This document shows positions 28,194-32,000 of a stretch of DNA of 32,000 bases, piece by piece; position 1 is the stretch's first letter, and each line of letters begins with the position of its first letter. A model generated the notes under the pieces. The model saw only the letters and a program-made list of their open reading frames with translations, made no database searches and had not been told where the DNA came from. The stretch is from Halomicronema hongdechloris C2206 (GTDB lineage Bacteria; Cyanobacteriota; Cyanobacteriia; Phormidesmidales; Phormidesmidaceae), in the NCBI RefSeq assembly GCF_002075285.3, contig NZ_CP021983.2, positions 4,590,001 to 4,622,000 of the forward strand, in the 5' to 3' direction. The position numbers and the translations under genes were made by a program.

Positions 28194-28331
28194 ATGTCTA
28201 GAGTGGCCTGGCCGGAGGGCATAGGGTGAAGAGGGTTGGGTTCTCTAGGCAGTGGTGCCGGGCGTTCTGAGTTCTGGCTCCCCTCTGAGTCTGCTGTAAT
28301 AGATTGAGATCCTAATTCATCGCAAGGAACC

Positions 28332-28751
28332 ATGACTGAGACTTCTTCAGATCTCTTTGATCAGGCCATTGAACGCTACAAAGCTGGCGAACCCGTCGCC
28401 GATCTGATCCCCGTGTTTAAGCAGATATGCGATCGCGCCCCCAAAAATAGCGCGGCCCAAACCTGTTTGGCCTGGCTCTATCTCTTAGAAGACAGACCCA
28501 ATTCAGCCCTCAAGGCAGCTCAACGCGCTGTCAAGCTGAACGGTAACGATCCCCAAGCCCGAGTCAACTTAGCCATCGCCATGTTAGAGGCAGGGAAAAC
28601 AGGGGTACGGAACCATGTAGAAACCGCGGCCCAAGTACTAGCGACTGTTCCAGAGCTGCGGGACGATGTCCAAAAAAGCCTGGCAGATGGCTTAGAGAGA
28701 CGCCCTAACTGGGCTAGTCTGATGCGGGTACAGCACTGGCTATTTGAGTAG
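28332..28751 (+). CDS. Small TPR-like helical repeat protein
   Basis: 139 aa, all-helical-looking, with TPR-like units (AAQTCLAWLYLLEDRPNSALKAAQRAVKLNGNDPQARVNLAIAM). Confidence 0.65.
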   Translation: MTETSSDLFDQAIERYKAGEPVADLIPVFKQICDRAPKNSAAQTCLAWLYLLEDRPNSALKAAQRAVKLNGNDPQARVNLAIAMLEAGKTGVRNHVETAAQVLATVPELRDDVQKSLADGLERRPNWASLMRVQHWLFE

Positions 28752-28823
28752 CCTAAGCCTGTCAATGTTCAGGTTAAAAAGTATTAAAAACAGAGGCATT
28801 CTTAACAGACATGAGGCCTTGAA

Positions 28824-28857
28824 CTGGGGGGTGACAATCGCAATCCCCCGGTTTTTA
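28824..28857 (+). terminator. Terminator candidate after the TPR-like gene
   Basis: CTGGGGG (28824-28830) pairs with CCCCCGG (28845-28851), including one G-U pair, with a 14-nt loop. TTTTT follows. Confidence 0.45.
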
Positions 28858-29097
28858 TGGCCTTGACGCCTCAGCCGGTTCGTGTTGAAGCATGGACTTA
28901 TGTAACATTCAAAAAAATAACTTAATGAAATTCTCAGAGGGGCAATGATAAGATTCTATCAACTAAGCAATAAAATTTTCTGTTTGTTGCCTGCTTATCC
29001 TCTGGAAGCCATCAAGCCAATGAGTTCAGTCTCATGTCTTGAGAAGCTGCCAGATGTTTTTCATTAGTTAGTGTTGGTTGTTGTGCTTGGAGTTAAA

Positions 29098-29292
29098 ATG
29101 GCTATGGTTGGACGTTCTGTAGAAGTCAAGCCAGAAACCCGCAATCACAAGGGGTTTTTTGTGCAAGAAGCTGCCTATCAACTTATGGGAGTTGAATCGT
29201 CAGGTTGGGCATTGATTTGCTTGGATGATGTAGTTTGCCACTATGTCGATCCAGATAATTTAAAGGTTTCTCAGGTCACTGACGTAGAGTAG
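29098..29292 (+). CDS. Possible small protein (64 aa) in an AT-rich intergenic island
   Basis: ATG at 29098 lies 5 nt after GGAG. No recognised family. The composition differs from neighbouring genes. Confidence 0.3.
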   Translation: MAMVGRSVEVKPETRNHKGFFVQEAAYQLMGVESSGWALICLDDVVCHYVDPDNLKVSQVTDVE

Positions 29293-29421
29293 ACATGCCT
29301 GCTCAAGATTAATTTCAGGCAAAAATCAATGCTTCTTATCTGGCTGTTCCTTCGGTACAGCCATATTTTTTGTCTATCCACCTGCAATGCTAAAATTGGC
29401 TCCACTGCTACAGAGTTAGCC

Positions 29422-29673
29422 ATGAAAGAGCAATTATTAAGAGGCCTCAACTGGCTACTGGTACTAGACTTCTTTCTAGTGCTGGCCAGTTTCGGATGGT
29501 TAGTGGTGGCAGTGATTGGCCGCAGTTTCGCCCTCGATCTAGGGTTGAGGCTTTGGTACAGCCTTTGGGATCCTCTATTTTTGCCGGCCATTAGCCTACT
29601 GATCGGCGGCGCTATCCTCAGTGGTGTTGCTGGCTGGATATCTCGAAAACTTTCGGTGTTTAGGGATGGATAA
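29422..29673 (+). CDS. Small membrane protein (83 aa, two predicted TM helices)
   Basis: The internal ATG at 29422 gives MKEQLLRGLNWLLVLDFFLVLASFGWLVVAVIG...ISLLIGGAILSGVAGWI. The upstream part of the listed ORF looks non-coding. Confidence 0.5.
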   Translation: MKEQLLRGLNWLLVLDFFLVLASFGWLVVAVIGRSFALDLGLRLWYSLWDPLFLPAISLLIGGAILSGVAGWISRKLSVFRDG

Positions 29674-29751
29674 ATATACCAAAACAGAAGTAAGCAGGCG
29701 GAACGGGAAATCCTAATAAATATAACCGTCGAGTTTAAACTCGGGCCAGGG

Positions 29752-31146
29752 TTATTTGGCCCGAGAATACCAGCGCAGTAGCATGCGAGCTAAGCGGTAG
29801 GGATGGTGGCGGATGGTGCCATTGAGATTTTCCTCCATGACATTGGCAATGACGATACGGCGCCCCGATTCGAGAATGGCTTCACGATCTAATTCCACAG
29901 GCACAGAGCCCTCCTTGGCATAATGGGCGGTGACATGGAGGGATGGGGGTTTTTTCTGCACTAACACAGCATCAAACAAGGGGCGGCGACAGGCCTGATC
30001 TAGGGCTCGAATATGATCAGATACAGCGAAGTTATCGGTCTCCCCTGGTTCGGTCATGATGTTGCAGACATAGATCCGAGGCACGGCCTGTTCAGCAATG
30101 GCATTGACAATATCAGGCACGAGCAAATTGGGGATAATACTGGTGTAGAGGCTACCAGGGCCAATGATGATGTAATCGGCTTCCTGGATCGCCTTCAAAG
30201 CCCGGGGCAATGCTGGGGGATCTACAGGGCTGCATCCGATCTGTACGATGCGTCCGCGGGCATCAGCAATGTTTGATTCTCCTTCAATGCGACGACCGTC
30301 GCTTAACTCTACCCATAGCCTTACATCGCTGAGGGTGGAGGGTAAGACCTGCCCCCTCACCGCCAGGACTTTAGAGCTAGCGGCAATGGCCTGCTCTAGG
30401 TCGCCGGTGATTTCGTTCATGGCGGTCAGAAAGAGATTGCCAAAGCTGTGACCGACTAAGCCATTGCCAGCGCGAAACCGATATTGGAAGAGTTCTGTTA
30501 ACAGTTTTTCTTCGTCGGCTAGGGCCGCTAGACAGCTGCGAATGTCCCCCGGTGGTAACACGCCAATCTCTCGCCGAAGTCGGCCCGAGGATCCGCCATC
30601 ATCGGCTACGGTAACAATGGCAGTGATATTAGAGCTGTAATGTTTGAGTCCCCGTAACAGGTTAGAGAGCCCAGTCCCTCCCCCTAGTACGACAATTTTG
30701 GGGCCGCGAGACAGTCGCCGTTGGGCATACAACACGTCTACTAGGTCTTCTTCATTGCCTGGCATCAAGACATTAGACATGGCCCCCAGGGTGCGGGTCT
30801 GTCCCCAGAGAATTAACAGCAACCCACAGAGAATCGCCAAGGGGCCACTGACGAAATTAGGAATCACACTCGTGATGACCCTCAGGGTGGCCCCCAACAG
30901 CTGTACGGTGTAGAAAATTGGCGTCAGCTTCAAGGTGATCAATGTCCCCAATCCCACTAAGAGGACTCCACCAACGCTCAGCAAGAGCCACCGTTTGACA
31001 AATAAACCGGGAGTGAGCCACTTAAACCAGCGATGACGGCGGCGGGGAACAACCAGAGGATATCTATTTCGGCGTCGGTGCCGTAGCCCACGAAAAAATC
31101 GGGTCATCAACTTGAGCAAGACTTTGGAACCAAACATTGCAATCAA
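29752..31146 (-). CDS. yvcK: YvcK/CofD-like (UPF0052, gluconeogenesis factor family) protein with an N-terminal membrane extension
   Basis: The motifs [19 protein letters not shown] and [28 protein letters not shown] are typical of YvcK. TM helices precede the domain. Confidence 0.88.
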   Translation of the reverse strand: MIAMFGSKVLLKLMTRFFRGLRHRRRNRYPLVVPRRRHRWFKWLTPGLFVKRWLLLSVGGVLLVGLGTLITLKLTPIFYTVQLLGATLRVITSVIPNFVSGPLAILCGLLLILWGQTRTLGAMSNVLMPGNEEDLVDVLYAQRRLSRGPKIVVLGGGTGLSNLLRGLKHYSSNITAIVTVADDGGSSGRLRREIGVLPPGDIRSCLAALADEEKLLTELFQYRFRAGNGLVGHSFGNLFLTAMNEITGDLEQAIAASSKVLAVRGQVLPSTLSDVRLWVELSDGRRIEGESNIADARGRIVQIGCSPVDPPALPRALKAIQEADYIIIGPGSLYTSIIPNLLVPDIVNAIAEQAVPRIYVCNIMTEPGETDNFAVSDHIRALDQACRRPLFDAVLVQKKPPSLHVTAHYAKEGSVPVELDREAILESGRRIVIANVMEENLNGTIRHHPYRLARMLLRWYSRAK

Positions 31147-31334
31147 GGGGCAACCTAGGTTGCCATCGACACAGGCGAGTATTCAGGCAGGAAGGGGGCG
31201 ATAGCAAGTGTAGCCATGGCGACCATACCCGCATGCCCCCCCGATTCTATCGAGCATTTGGTAAAGTCAAGGCAAGTAATTGGGCAACCTCCGGCCAATG
31301 CCTAAAATCCTGTCTATCCGTTGGTTAGATCGCT

Positions 31335-32000
31335 ATGGCGCAACCGTCATTTTCCCTGACCCCGTCCCAAGACTGCGGGCAAGAGAAGCCCCTTCTAGAG
31401 CTGCAAGGTATTTCTAAAAGCTTTGGGCCGAATAAGGTACTGAACCAGGTTAGCCTGACGGTGAACTATGGTGAAGCGGTTGCTATCATCGGGCCATCTG
31501 GCACTGGTAAGTCGACCATTTTGCGGATCATTGCTGGATTATTGCATAGAGATGCCGGAGACATATACATCAAGGGCCAGAAACGACTGGGGCTGATCGA
31601 AGATGCCCAAGATCCCGTTGGTATTGGCATGGTGTTTCAGCAGGCAGCTCTCTTTGACTCCCTGACGGTGGAGGAAAATGTTGGCTTCTTACTCTACCAA
31701 CACTCGAATCTAAGCCCCGATGAGATTCGACGATTGGTGGATGAGGTCTTAGACATGGTAGGGCTGCCTGGAATCGCCGATCAGTATCCGGCCCAGTTGT
31801 CAGGTGGTATGCGTAAGCGGGTGAGTTTTGCTAGGGCGATTATGTCTAATCCCAATAACCCAGCGGATCATCCAGAGTTACTCCTTTACGATGAGCCTAC
31901 TGCTGGGCTGGATCCGGTTGCTTCGACGGTGATCGAAGATTTGATTCGCGGGATTCACCGTCACCGAGGCTGTGGCTCTTATATCATCGTGACTCACCAG
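31335..32000 (+). CDS. ABC transporter ATP-binding protein, MlaF/TGD3-like; the 3' end lies outside the window
   Basis: My own translation from ATG 31335 is open to the window edge (222 codons). Walker A GPSGTGKST, signature LSGGMRKR and Walker B LLLYDEPTAGLD are all present. It is absent from the ORF track because no stop falls in the window. Confidence 0.9.
   Translation, partial: MAQPSFSLTPSQDCGQEKPLLELQGISKSFGPNKVLNQVSLTVNYGEAVAIIGPSGTGKSTILRIIAGLLHRDAGDIYIKGQKRLGLIEDAQDPVGIGMVFQQAALFDSLTVEENVGFLLYQHSNLSPDEIRRLVDEVLDMVGLPGIADQYPAQLSGGMRKRVSFARAIMSNPNNPADHPELLLYDEPTAGLDPVASTVIEDLIRGIHRHRGCGSYIIVTHQ

Overview
This window looks like a cyanobacterial chromosome segment. The HIP1 octamer GCGATCGC recurs (e.g. 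19-26, 1072-1079, 6037-6044, 6628-6635). The gene content also fits: zeta-carotene desaturase, a group-2 sigma factor, DnaK, 2-Cys peroxiredoxin and a FurA-type Fur with an HHHHH motif.

Most of the window is housekeeping. On the plus strand: trmL, a LysM/M23 peptidase, tRNA(CAU), peroxiredoxin, the sigma factor, dnaK, a TPR-CHAT protein, an IscA/HesB protein and a partial MlaF-like ABC ATPase. A long co-directional minus-strand run spans 27274 down to 18183: a 566-aa hypothetical, crtQ, an SRPBCC protein, a methyltransferase-like gene, purN, exbD, fur, a small CxxC membrane protein and a cupin. A YvcK-family gene follows at 29752-31146.

I found no CRISPR array, rRNA, intact IS or recognisable named defence system.

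Features worth a second look:
- **Accessory patch (about 5.0-7.2 kb).** A truncated and frameshifted TPR gene, then a tightly coupled basic/acidic pair of small ORFs bracketed by a 15-bp direct repeat, then an IS66-family transposase remnant.
- **Methyltransferase-like gene (21003-23332).** Eco57I-like. SAM motif I is intact but the NPPY position reads QPPP, and there is a frame break.
- **Disrupted conserved genes.** ald has three +1 frame changes. The small CxxC gene has an in-frame TAA inside a Cys motif.
- **Gene-poor stretch (13.3-14.2 kb).** It holds a tRNA-Ser-like remnant, a C9 tract and a 12-bp tandem repeat.

The best candidates for something undescribed are the small two-gene cassette and the methyltransferase-like pseudoenzyme. 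Neither can be assigned a function from sequence alone. All family assignments come from motif recognition by eye, not from database searches.
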